A stretch of DNA of 63,558 bases, counting the filler, from Globobulimina sp. (taxonomy: Eukaryota): assembly GCA_003354225.1 (NCBI GenBank). It is 30 parts of 30 records of this genome, joined end to end, with 100 filler letters (N's around TTAATTAATTAA, not from the genome) between each part and the next. Parts side by side here need not be neighbours in the genome. Positions count along the whole stretch, not along the records: positions 23,357 to 25,378 come from PIVH01009671.1; positions 25,479 to 27,500 come from PIVH01009672.1; positions 27,601 to 29,622 come from PIVH01009673.1; positions 29,723 to 31,744 come from PIVH01009674.1; positions 31,845 to 33,866 come from PIVH01009675.1; positions 33,967 to 35,988 come from PIVH01009676.1; positions 36,089 to 38,110 come from PIVH01009677.1; 23 more parts are not named here. One strand, 5' to 3'. Positions within the stretch are counted from its first letter, which is position 1. Every line of letters begins with the position of its first letter. The translations under genes were made by a program, and so were the position numbers. Positions 24,617-36,442 of this stretch are shown here, piece after piece. The notes beneath the pieces are model-generated. The model was not told the origin of the DNA, searched no databases, and saw only the letters and a program-made list of their open reading frames with translations.

Positions 24617-25378
24617 TTATCTAAATGACAGAAACGCCACCAAACACAACAAAATTCCAATAACAATATCAAATATATTCGATCTGTATATATAACACAA
24701 CACAAAGTATAACAAATAAAATACAATATACAATGACATACATTCCTAAATCAAGATTAGTTCCATCTCCATAACAGCCCCCATCATATCCATTTGCTGC
24801 AACAAAGGCAATTATGGCTATTATCGCACATAAACCACTGCATAAAAATAATACGAAAACCTTTGATCTTAATGCGTCTGAACATTGAAATGAGATTTGG
24901 TCCGAAAATATCCCTAAAACACCCAAAAAACACAAAATTAATCCAATAATATTAAAGGCCAACCATGCCTGACCGCCACTGGAATTCAATTAAAAACTTC
25001 CTAAAAAATCTTTTCATTGCCTAAATTTAATAAAATATCAACCAACGAAAAGAAAAGATTTATTTAGGAAATGTTTACTGCATAAATTACCTCCATGTTG
25101 CACACGCATTGTCACATTGTTCATTGTCAAGATCGAAATCCTTACAGAAATCACAAGCATCCTCTAAGGCATCATCGGAACATGACCCTCCACCACAGGC
25201 TCGTTTCCATCCACATGAGAAATCAACACCAAATATCTCATCATGACTCAGTTCATCGACGGCTAATGCTATAATATAAAATATTAAACAAATGATGCCT
25301 AGCACACCACCAATAGTACTATTCGCACCACCTCCACCATCTCCACAGTTACAGTCAACATTTCCGCCACCTCCTCCT
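24617..25378 (-). CDS. Claudin/PMP22-like four-TM protein with Cys-rich first loop (5' truncated)
   Basis: Introns 24979-25090 and 24684-24741 give one frame with four hydrophobic helices, ending ...LVAFLSFR*. Confidence 0.7.
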
Positions 25379-25478
25379 NNNNNNNNNNNNNNNNNNNNNN
25401 NNNNNNNNNNNNNNNNNNNNNNTTAATTAATTAANNNNNNNNNNNNNNNNNNNNNNNNNNNNNNNNNNNNNNNNNNNN

Positions 25479-25682
25479 AACAATTAAAACTCAGAAATTT
25501 CCTTTTTTTATGATCTTTAATGTACATACCAGTATCATCCATAGCACAGCCGTTTAAATTAACACCATCCTTAATGTAAAATTTTGGTATTTTTACATCA
25601 TTTCTTTTCTTCCCAATTTCTTACCAATTCCAGGACTCAAAAAAGACTCCATTTGCTCTGCATCGATTTTTTGTTCTGCCAT
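25479..25682 (-). CDS. 5' fragment of hypothetical protein (MAEQKIDAEQ...)
   Basis: ATG at 25682 and an open frame ending at a probable GTATGT donor. Confidence 0.5.
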
Positions 25683-25778
25683 GCTTGTGAAAATGAAAAG
25701 GTTGTGATAATGTGAAGTGAAGGATTACGTTTTGATGGATTGTTGTCTTCAAAACAAATATACAGTGATTACAGTGCT

Positions 25779-26902
25779 CTAATCTAACATACGCACAAAC
25801 GAAAGTTCAACATTGTTGGAATTAAATTCCGCCGCATTCACTGATTTATTACTTTCTGTTATATGTTTTTTATAATGACAACTACAACAACAATATCCAC
25901 AACATACATATTGAAAAAGTGTCTTTGTCCATCTTCTATTTCTCCCTAACATCCAATACACAGTCAATGAATTAATACAATAATCCAAATTGGGTATCCA
26001 CCACACCTTTGATCCATATAAGGAATAAATTAAAATAACCATATCAGTTGAAATCAAATTAGTTACTGTCAATACAACATTTATTTTCAATGCTTTTATC
26101 AATTTCATATTAAAGTATGTTGGCTCTACGGACCGAAATGGTGATAATCCTGTTACTGATAAGTGTGACGGTAAAACTTTGTACCCTTTATTTTGAATTC
26201 TTTGATTCCTTAAAAATCAAAATATATCAATTTAACATAAAAATACTTTATTGTATTATTTGTATACCTTAAAACTTCCCATAACGGCTTAATAAATAAA
26301 TACATAAAAAACAATGTAATTATTAAATCAATACCAGCTCCGATGAGGTAATCTATAGAGTCCGCAGAAACTGAAACTTGTGTTTTTGAACAATAACTCA
26401 TATTATGTATGTTGAATAAACTATGTTTTGTGCTGTTATATATGAGGCATTCTCCATTTCCTGAGGCACCAATGTCTGCTATAAATAATGCCGTATATCC
26501 AAGGAACAAAAGCGTAAATAATACCGGTAGATACAATTTGAAACATTGTAATGGCAGTGCTGGATTCATTCCTTGTGCTAATTCTGCTCTTTGAATGTAA
26601 AAAAGATAATTCGCAAACATTCGTAGAAGGTAAAGTAGTCGCGATGGTAAATAGCCCCAATTGCATATTGAACATGATGGAAATGCGAAATGCAGTGCTA
26701 AACCTAATGCTAAATTGGACCAATTTGAAATCAAGGTCACTAACACGAGGAGCACCATTATATAATATGTATTAGAAACGCTATTCTTTTGCGATGAGAA
26801 ACAAACATTCATCAAAGTATATATTTGGAATAAAACCACCAATGTGACAACCAATAAAGTCACGATATTTAAAATAGTTGCCACAAGCCATTGTTCCTGC
26901 AT
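25779..26902 (-). CDS. Seven-TM GPCR-like protein
   Basis: Intron 26209-26267 joins two ORFs into about seven hydrophobic helices. TM7 has LDYCINSL and the tail has a Cys cluster. Confidence 0.75.
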
Positions 26903-26966
26903 TACTAATTTAAACTGAGTAAACTCTTTTTCTTTGTGTTGTTCACAAAAAAGAATCACTGATTTG

Positions 26967-27500
26967 TTAGGACTTATACCAATCTAAAAACAGCAATGAA
27001 AAGGCCAGCGTCAAGACCACAGTGATAAAGACAGTTCTTGAATCTTTGCTTCTCTTTTCAGCTTTCTCTAATTCCTTATTACCTAATTCCAAATTATCTA
27101 AACTGCCAATAATAGCACCTTGAATATTTGTGATGAGACTTTGCTGAGAAATCATTTGTTCTGTAAATAAAGACAACAAATCTACAATCTCTATTGTTTT
27201 ATGTTCGGCGGCTATCACTTCGACATGCTCCTCTTCCAATAACTTGAGCATTTCCTTGTTTTCTTGCGCAAATTCCTGGATTTCCAGGTTGGTTATCTCC
27301 ATATTTTCAAATGTCTCCTCATTCATATTCATATTCGAATTCGTTTGCATTATGTCATTAACAAAGACATCCAATTCTTTATTGTCCATATTTGTATTTA
27401 TGCCATCCATACAATGTGAAGCATGCAATGTTTTCGATCCTTCTTTAATTAAATCCGATATTTTATTGCTTAATGAAGACACTTCAAATCGTAAACAGTT
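26967..27500 (-). CDS. Syntaxin (Qa-SNARE, syntaxin-18-like), C-terminal fragment
   Basis: SNARE heptads ending NLELGNKELEKA, and a C-terminal TM ending LLFLDWY. Confidence 0.8.
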   Translation of the reverse strand, partial: NCLRFEVSSLSNKISDLIKEGSKTLHASHCMDGINTNMDNKELDVFVNDIMQTNSNMNMNEETFENMEITNLEIQEFAQENKEMLKLLEEEHVEVIAAEHKTIEIVDLLSLFTEQMISQQSLITNIQGAIIGSLDNLELGNKELEKAEKRSKDSRTVFITVVLTLAFSLLFLDWYKS

Positions 27501-27600
27501 NNNNNNNNNNNNNNNNNNNNNNNNNNNNNNNNNNNNNNNNNNNNTTAATTAATTAANNNNNNNNNNNNNNNNNNNNNNNNNNNNNNNNNNNNNNNNNNNN

Positions 27601-28562
27601 CAAATATTGCCAGGACCAAAAGTATTATTAGAGCCACCATATTCCATATAAATACCAAATGATAATATATCGACAGGAAAAATATAGTTGCATTGATTGT
27701 TTTTGATAATGTTGTTGCATGGATCAAACCCCCAGGCAGACAAATAGATTGCAAATCCCATACCCCATTTTTCATTTAACGCTGTAATACTATTTCCATT
27801 TACGATGTTATTTATACTAGCTCCACTAAGTTCAATGCCAATTAGTACCTCTGTAACAGTATTATTTAGAATGGTGTTGTTCTTGCATGGAAATTCAGAA
27901 ATATCACTAAATAGCACTATCCCCTGCAAAAGCTGAGATACATGATTCTGTTGTATTAATAAATCTTGACAATAATCTCCGTTAATACCCCACCCGCCAT
28001 TTCCGGAAATATGATTTTGTTTTATCTCTCCACCTTTAACATACTTTGCATTTATACCCCACCACATGGGATTTTCACGGCTATGATTTACAACAATATT
28101 AAAATTTTTGATTTTCACATTATCCGCATTAAATTCACTACCAGGACTTGAATCCAAAGTAAAATTTCCGTTTAGTGTAACCTCATTTTGAGCCATAATA
28201 TTTAACCCGGATTTATATACAAATACTTTTTCTTCATAATTGCCTGGTTTTACAATTATTGTGGCCTTATCACAGGCAGCATCAATTGCCTCCTGAATAG
28301 TTGGGAAATCATCAGGAACTATGATATGGTGCAGGGATGAACGAGAAGCATCATTACTTAACTTAGAAATTCTTATTCTTTGATCCTCGATGAATTGATT
28401 GAAATGTTCATCCACCTCATCTTTAATAGAAATTATGGAAGCTAAGTTCTCCAAATGTTGTTTCACATTCGAATCAACTGATTGGTCAATTTGTTTTTTT
28501 TGACAACTATTGAATATGGTCGTCATTGCAAGAAATACAATAAATAAGGTTAACTTTTTCAT
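27601..28562 (-). CDS. Bacterial lipoprotein with right-handed beta-helix (NosD/pectin-lyase-like) repeats, 3' truncated
   Basis: MKKL..IFNSC lipoprotein signal, IIVPDDFPTIQEAIDAA..VKPGNYEE and parallel beta-helix repeats. Confidence 0.85.
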
Positions 28563-28767
28563 GGTAGCTTGAGTTTAGTTTTCAATAATGAGTTGTTGGA
28601 TTTTAGTCAATAATACCAACGCTGTTAAAGAAAGAGATCCCTGGTTACAGGATACTTACTCACTATTCTAATTGTTTTATTTACAGATACTCAACAAAGG
28701 TACTACAATCGAAACCGAATGTCAAGTGGTTGATGATTAGTCATGTATAGATAGAAACTCAAGCTAG

Positions 28768-29622
28768 TTAATCTTTTACACAACGTACGGAACATCCCAT
28801 GCTTTTTGGAACTTCACCATTAAAAAGTAAACCCTCAGATTCGGTATGAAGACGTGCGCTACTTTGATCACTAAATGTCCAAAAATGTGCTTGAGAACCC
28901 AATTCACCGAAGGCACCCTGATAACGTACACCACCCGGCAAGGCAGTAAACCCGAATTCGTTGGTTGCGCCAGTATTAGGACTATTCCAATGATTTGTGC
29001 CGGCTTCTTTCATCTTGCCACCAGATATTACAACAGATCCTAAATAATCACTTAAAGACAACCAATCAAGATAATCAGCAACATGCCAACCTTCAGGAGC
29101 GATGTTTTTGCTATCAATTACAGCATAATAATTGTACAATAATCCATATGTGTTTGCATAGTCAATATCATTATTGTAACTACAATATGCTCCACTAGTG
29201 CTATTAAACCAAATTGTGTCATTTGTAACATTCTGTATTGGATCACCATTTCGGTATTTTGTGGTTTTAAGGTTTTCCACCATCCAAACCTGATCACCAA
29301 TAGTTATTGTAGAGTATATATTACCATCTATATCTGTTACACTGCCTATACATTGGGTAGTTAAAGTTAATTCATCTCCATACCCTGTTCCTGCGCTGGT
29401 TGTAGCATATGGGCGTACATAATAAACTGAACATTCCGTTAGACTGGTCATTTTACTATCCCATGAATCATAACCAGATCCATCTACTGTTTTATTATCT
29501 GCAATGGTTGGATTAGGTTCGGTACTCCAACAAACCCCTTTAGCGGTTATAACACCATAAATATTTCCGCCAATATAATTTCTTTTACACATTGCAGTTG
29601 TTAAGGTACATTCAGATATTCC
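28768..29622 (-). CDS. Bacterial FISUMP (Fibrobacter succinogenes major paralogous domain) protein with FN3-like module, 5' truncated
   Basis: GVCWS...YYVRPYATTSAGTGYG, DIDGNIYSTITIGDQVWMVENL, YGLLYN, PEGWHV, GFTALPGG and SVRCVKD. Confidence 0.92.
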   Translation of the reverse strand, partial: GISECTLTTAMCKRNYIGGNIYGVITAKGVCWSTEPNPTIADNKTVDGSGYDSWDSKMTSLTECSVYYVRPYATTSAGTGYGDELTLTTQCIGSVTDIDGNIYSTITIGDQVWMVENLKTTKYRNGDPIQNVTNDTIWFNSTSGAYCSYNNDIDYANTYGLLYNYYAVIDSKNIAPEGWHVADYLDWLSLSDYLGSVVISGGKMKEAGTNHWNSPNTGATNEFGFTALPGGVRYQGAFGELGSQAHFWTFSDQSSARLHTESEGLLFNGEVPKSMGCSVRCVKD

Positions 29623-29722
29623 NNNNNNNNNNNNNNNNNNNNNNNNNNNNNNNNNNNNNNNNNNNNTTAATTAATTAANNNNNNNNNNNNNNNNNNNNNN
29701 NNNNNNNNNNNNNNNNNNNNNN

Positions 29723-29994
29723 ATATTAGTCGGTTTGTCTTCATCAATGGATGTTATCCTCGGCATTGGTGTTAGAATAGGAGGTGTTGGGAAACGGAGC
29801 AACTTTGTAGCTGTTGTTGTTGTTGTTGTTGTGGGTACAATTGATGGTTTTGGTGGTTCTTTTGAATCTGCAACAAGTGGCTTTTTGACAGTGTTGCTGT
29901 CATATATTTTTTGAACTGTAAACGGATCATGTTTCTTGATACAGTTTGTTTCGTCTTGATCAGGCTGCCGGACTGAGGAGCAGCCTATCCCCAT
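29723..29994 (-). CDS. 5' fragment of probably N-acylated protein (MGIGCSS...)
   Basis: MG start with an early Cys; P/T-rich; open to the contig edge. Confidence 0.55.
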
Positions 29995-30123
29995 GGTGTA
30001 TACTTTGAAAATTACAAGCTTAAGTTTTTTACAGTGATAAATGTTCAACATTTTAATGGGTTTTTGAAAAGCTGTGATTTTATAACTTTTTTTGTAATAT
30101 AATTTGGTGCGTCTTGATACAAT

Positions 30124-31726
30124 TTAAATCATTAACAACGAATGTAATTTGTCATATTGGTTTGAATTTTTAAATCTTTCAAACGAAGTATGCATTAATT
30201 GATACATATCAGTGACACAATCATCATATAAAAGTAACAAATGATGCAATGTGATTTTAGTATTTGTCAGCCATACATCATATGTTTTCATTTGTTTTAC
30301 TATCCTATTCCGTAATGTATATCTTATATTTATTTCATACTCACTGCCTTCAAATATATATCTTTCAGCGATATTATATGCAATAATTTTACTATCACAT
30401 AAAATTTTATTCAACTCAATCTCATCGAAATTAATATCATTCGCTGACAATGTATGTTTACCATAAATCCAATATGATAATGGCACATTTGACGGGAAAT
30501 TAAGTTCACGAAATATACTCTCATCATTAACCTTTTCATCCTCATCCAATAACTTATGTATTTGCATATATTTATAAATATATTGTTGGAATTGAATCAT
30601 TTCCGTAAAAGACAGGGCACATTCAACACTAAATTCAAATAACAAATGATTTAGAAACAGTTCAAATCCTTTTGGATGTTTTAAAATATTTATCAATTCA
30701 AAGGTGGACTCATTATTATTCATTAAACACATTTCATCATTGACTTTGTTAGTATTTATATCCGATCTCATTTCAAATAATGGATAAATATTATTATTAT
30801 TTGCCAGCACAGAAATATGGGAAACACTCGTTTTTGTCATAATTTCTTTGATTTTTTTACTGACCCAATATGTGGATATTATCCCTGCAGCAAAATCACA
30901 ACAAACTGACACATTAAATTGCAGCAATTCTAACAAATTAAATGTTAATTCATTTGGAGTATAATCAAATGAATAATTATAATGATAAACATAATGATAT
31001 ATTAAAAACGTTGTATAAACAGTGACTTCCAACACTTTGCATAGAAATAATCTCTTCATTTCTGCGCGAATAAAGAATGTGTCATTGATGAATGGTGTTT
31101 TTATGTAGATGATAATTAATATGATCACAGGGATATAGTCTATAAAAACAGTGATTAATTGATCTTTTTGTATTTCTCCATATGTTTGGTGTTTAACTGA
31201 GTCTGTCATCAATATATATGTCTGGATTATGGTGGATATTATTATCAATGGCAAAATTATGCGCACTGCGAGCCATTTGTAGTTGCCATATTTTGTTTTA
31301 TTTTGGAAATACCAATTTAATTTATTATATTCATTATTTAAATAAAATGGATTGATGATTGCTTTCCATTCATCATTGAGAGCAATGCTTGTAAATATTA
31401 TGTCATATCTTAATATCCAAAATCTCCAAATTTGAAAGTATCCAATGCAATAACTGCTTAATTGTTGGATGGAATTGAATCCATTAAATATTGGCGATGT
31501 AAAGCTTAGACCAAATAATAATAATAATGTGGTTATCACGGCCATCAGTAATCTACTCAGTGTTGCTGCTATTTCGTACAGGTTTAAAGTTGAATATCTT
31601 TTTCTCATTGCTACATGATCAAGAAGCAAATAATATTACTTTGAATAATGATAAAATTGGTAGAAATATTAAACCGAATAATATTATGTTGAATATCATT
31701 ACAGCTGAAAGCACAGCCTCTGCCAT
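30124..31726 (-). CDS. 7TM-RGS (regulator of G-protein signalling) protein with apparent 5' frameshift
   Basis: Several TMs, then RGS motifs GFELFLNHLLFEFSVEC, YIFEGSEYEINI and LMHTSFERF. The TM1 frame from ATG 31726 is offset from the main frame near 31635. Confidence 0.8.
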
Positions 31727-31844
31727 GTTAAAAAAACGGTCTTGNNNNNNNNNNNNNNNNNNNNNNNNNNNNNNNNNNNNNNNNNNNNTTAATTAATTAA
31801 NNNNNNNNNNNNNNNNNNNNNNNNNNNNNNNNNNNNNNNNNNNN

Positions 31845-33866
31845 GATATTGCAAATTGCATTCTTTGGGCAATTGATATTCACTGTATGCATATTACCTA
31901 TATCTCCACCTCCAGCAACGGTTAAACCTCTCGTTTCTTCTCCATCTTTCATGGAATATATTTATTTATCCATATTAGTACATAAATAAATGTCATTACT
32001 TACTTATTGTTGTATTATAACACGAACCATAGCCATTGCATTTAACATTCAAAGCTGATGCATTGCCTCCATCTTTAATTTGTTTTATAATAAAAAAATA
32101 TAAACTGTTCTTCAATGTGTACATAAATGGAATTTTTTAACTTATTGTTGCCTGCCAACATGCATACTGTCCATCACACAAAATATTGACAGCTGCTGAA
32201 TTGCCTCCATCTTTGTTTTATAATTAAAAAAATATAAACTGTTCTTCAATGTGTACATTAATGGAATTTTTTAACTTATTGTTGCCCCATAACACGCAGA
32301 TTCGCCATATAAACACCAAATATTGCATTCTTCATCATCTAAGCAAACCATAGTTTGATTTTGACAGATATACGACCCCACACATGATATATTGTAACAA
32401 TATGCCCCTTTCACCAGCAGCAGCACTAAGAATAGCACCAATAAATGCTTTGAAAATAACAAAAATGTCGCAACGACAAAACAAAACAAAACTAAATTAT
32501 CAATAATTTCAAAATTAGACAATAAAATGCCAGCATCGTCTTCCTCTTCATCGATATTACGTGTTTGCCATGAATCTGTATCAAAATTATCAACATTATC
32601 TAAATACATTTCTTGTCCACTCACTTGATAAGGATATAAATTATTTGATAATATACGCTCAGTCTCATTCATATTCGGCGCAATAAACCCGTTCATCACC
32701 GACTTATACGTACTGTATACAATGACACTGATCAGTATACTCCAGAGACAAATGCTCCATTTACCACCACCATCATACCAACATTTCTCGCACGGATCAT
32801 TCTCATTCACCGCTGCGTATAAATCACTCTCTTCGTCAGAGTCTGAGTCCGTATCTGCCACGTTATGGATCACTAGATCTTGGACACCATTCTGTGAGTT
32901 AACAATCAATGGCTCGGTGACATTTTCATCGTCGTCACTCGCACAACAGAATGCACTGAAGAAGTACGGGAATATCAACAACAGCGCCGGCGTCAGGGTC
33001 AAATTTACGATTATGGTGCAAATGATGGCTAAGCGCGCGCCCAAACCGACAGATTGCAAAACTTGCATTGGGTTAAGCCGAGCCGTGCAATTTTCCTCAA
33101 CACTCGACGCGGCATTGTCGGCTAACAACGGTTGCTGTGAGGCATGCGACTCATTCACATCATGTGTAATCCGCGTGGCCATGGATTTGTGTGTTGGTAC
33201 GTGTACCGACATAAAATAACTGGAATCGTCCACAAATTGAATCTGTGGTTCCGGCGTATTGTCTGTGATGGATGCCATTAAGTCGATGGATAAATTATTA
33301 TTGCCGGTGCCCGCATCCATACTCTTCAACAACAACATACTGTCACTGTCATCGACATCTGTCAATGCCATCTCATTCTCGCGGCGACTCAGATTAAAGT
33401 TATGCACTGCGATCGTACTGTAAACACTCAAATTATTGCCTCGCGAGCTCAAATTATTGTTATTTCTGTTACTTACAATCACCGGTTGCAATGCGTGCGC
33501 ATATGTGTCATCGGCGTCTTTTTTGTCGCTGTCGCTGCAGGTTACGTAATCATCGTGGTCTGAGTAGTCAATGTTGTTAAAGAAGATATTGTTATTGTTA
33601 TATTCCACGGATTCGCATAGATTGTCAATGCACGGCGATATGTTGCAGGTATTGCACGGCGAAGTGATTATATTTTGAGTGTTATTTTGATTTTGTAGTT
33701 GGGTTTGGCTCTGATACGATTCCATGAGGCATTGCTTATTGATTTCGATGTCATTAAACGTATAAAATAAGGCTTCATTTTTGAATGCATGCTCGTTGTT
33801 GACATGTGCGATGAAGCCATTTTCCACCCATTTGGCGCCTAACTGTATACATTGATGGCTATCGCT
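31845..33866 (-). CDS. Mosaic membrane protein: DEP-domain end, RND/MMPL-like TM segment, Cys-rich repeat exons
   Basis: CIQLGAKWVENGFIAHVNNEHAFKNEALFYTF (DEP) and VNLTLTPALL (RND/MMPL-like helix). Introns 32211-32275, 32073-32141 and 31946-32003. Confidence 0.6.
32063..32286. repeat. Tandem exon+intron duplication (two near-identical introns with flanks)
   Basis: 32063-~32152 and 32201-32286 are near-identical (ttgcctccatcttt...ataaactgttcttcaatgtgtacat.aatggaatttttt.aacttattgttgcc). Confidence 0.9.
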
Positions 33867-34098
33867 NNNNNNNNNNNNNNNNNNNNNNNNNNNNNNNNNN
33901 NNNNNNNNNNTTAATTAATTAANNNNNNNNNNNNNNNNNNNNNNNNNNNNNNNNNNNNNNNNNNNNTCTATGGTATGCATTCACTTTTATACAATAAAAA
34001 TGAATAGCACTCAGAGATTCTGACATTGTGTAATTTGTGTTCCTATCAATTCATGTTTCCTACCACCATTCAAACAAAAAAATAACATACCCATATAG

Positions 34099-35988
34099 CA
34101 CACGTATATGCATCGGAATATGATGTATCAACCAACCAATACGGTAATTATACATGTCCTGATGGCCCAACTGGAACATGCAATATATACTGCGATATTG
34201 AGTGGGGTACATGGCAGAATATATTTGACTGTGGATCTGCAGGGCAATGCAATTTTTATTGTTCCGCCAAAAAATGTGCTGAGGGGCTTATTTTACTCGC
34301 CACAAATAGTAACAATCTGAATGTGATTGCTACTCCGTCCGGCGCTGAATGCATGAAAAGCGCAGAGATTTATGTTCCTAATACAGGCAATGCCACATTT
34401 GATATGACAACATCACGCAAAGGATTGCGAGCCATCAAAGTTTATGCTGGTACTAACACGCAAAATATTATTATAAACTTAGCGTCCACCGTTGTCGACA
34501 GAGATGACGCAAGAGATATGGAGGTATGTCATATATCAATAATATCGGACCCGTAACACGGAATGTTTTTTATTTGAACGCATACAAAAAGATATACGCA
34601 TCCACTGCTCAATACGTCCATATTACACTCAGCAATGGCTTGGAATGGGAAGATGGATACCTTGAGTGTCCTGTTGACAGTGCTTATGATGGCCCCGATA
34701 TAGCGCCGTGTATGATTGACGCCTCAGATGGAGATGGCGTATTTAATAACGTTGACATCATTGCCGTTGACGGCATCCCCAAAAACGTTTTTATAATTCC
34801 CGGTGTATACACTGGATATCTCCGCATAAAATGTGACAATGTGGATGCACTAAATGGTCCAAAAGGAGTTATAGGTGACGCGCCATTTGCACCTGGCAAC
34901 AATTGTTGGTGGACACATGATCCCACAAACGATCCAACCTCCGATCCAACCATAGATCCCACAAATGACCCAACCACAGATCCAACCATCGATCCAACAC
35001 AGGATCCAACCATTGATCCAACCACTGACCCGACTACGGACCCTACCAATGCACCAAGCAATGCTCCATCTACACCTCCGTCATATGCACCTTCTACACC
35101 TCCCACTGTGGCACCTTCCATTTCTCCAACTACACCGCCTACAAACTATCCAAGCAACCATCCAACATCTGCCCCAACCACAGCACCATCTAACAATCCT
35201 TCATTATCTCCCACTATATCACCTTCCACTGCACCTTCGTTACCCCCCACTAACAATCCTTCATTATCACCCACAATATCACCATCCATAGCACCTTCGT
35301 TATCCCCCACTAACAATCCTTCATTATCTCCCACGATATCACCATCCGAGGCGCCTTCGCTTTCGCCGACATCCAATCCGACGAATCCCACATCAGATCC
35401 GACTACGCAGCCAACCAATGAGCCTACATTTGACCCAACCTTTGACCCTACCGTTGAACCAACGTATGATCCTACGTTTGACCCTACTCTTGAACCTACC
35501 ATCAATCCAACAAATTATCCCACTCAACCAACCTATGACCCTACCATCAACCCTACGAATGATCCCACTGCAGATCCAACGTATGACCCAACCACTGATC
35601 CTACTGCGGATCCAACACACGATCCAACCACTGATCCTACAAATGATCCCACAACAGATCCTACTACTGATCCTTCTGCGGGTATGCCAATCCATATATA
35701 TTATATAAATCCGCAACAACGCACTACCAACAAAATATATGTATAAAAACGATAACATATCTCTTTATATAGCACCTACTTTGGCACCTTCATTGGCTCC
35801 TACTTTGGCACCAAGTATCTCACCATCATTAGCACCAAGTATTGCACCATCGTTGGCACCAAGTTTAGCACCAAGTGTTTCTCCATCGTTGGCGCCGAGT
35901 TTAGCTCCGTCATTGGCTCCATCGTTGACTCCGAGTGTTTCTCCATCATTGGCACCAAGTTTAGCTCCGTCATTGGCACCAAGTCTGG
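34099..35988 (+). CDS. Mucin-like surface protein: Cys-rich domain + (DPTx)n/(APSL)n stalk, partial
   Basis: Exons 34099-34523, 34592-35681 and 35773-35988 splice in frame. Long tetrapeptide repeats. Confidence 0.85.
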
Positions 35989-36088
35989 NNNNNNNNNNNN
36001 NNNNNNNNNNNNNNNNNNNNNNNNNNNNNNNNTTAATTAATTAANNNNNNNNNNNNNNNNNNNNNNNNNNNNNNNNNNNNNNNNNNNN

Positions 36089-36393
36089 TTCATGCTATGT
36101 GGAGTGGGCAATGAGTAAGTTGGAAATATTGTATTATCCCAATCCCAAATAATTAAATTTTTACGTTTTAAATCGTTTTCTTTTTGCTGTTGTTTTTGCT
36201 CGCATTCAAATTCATTTTCAATTATATTTGTGTCGGAATCTTCATAAATATTGTGATTACAACCTATAAATTCATCAAACGGTTGGGATGCGCAATGAAA
36301 ATGAGTATATTCGTTGTAATTACAATCAAAACACAATGAAGTCATGTTATATTCTGCTGGACTTGTCCATGATCCATCAATTAGGTCATCCAT
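36089..36393 (-). CDS. HAD-like protein, 5' fragment
   Basis: LIIWDWDNTIFP resembles HAD motif I (DxDxT). Confidence 0.55.
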
Positions 36394-36442
36394 GCAAGTT
36401 TTTTGCTTGATAATTTACAAAAACTGTCAGTTTTTTGCTTGA

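Noticed and set aside
34684-35982. Antisense ORFs with VGS repeats; likewise those opposite 48816-50349 and 52056-52922
   Set aside because: Shadow frames of low-complexity coding repeats.
34915-35988. 12-bp periodicity as a CRISPR or satellite
   Set aside because: It encodes tetrapeptide repeats with free third-position variation and no spacers.
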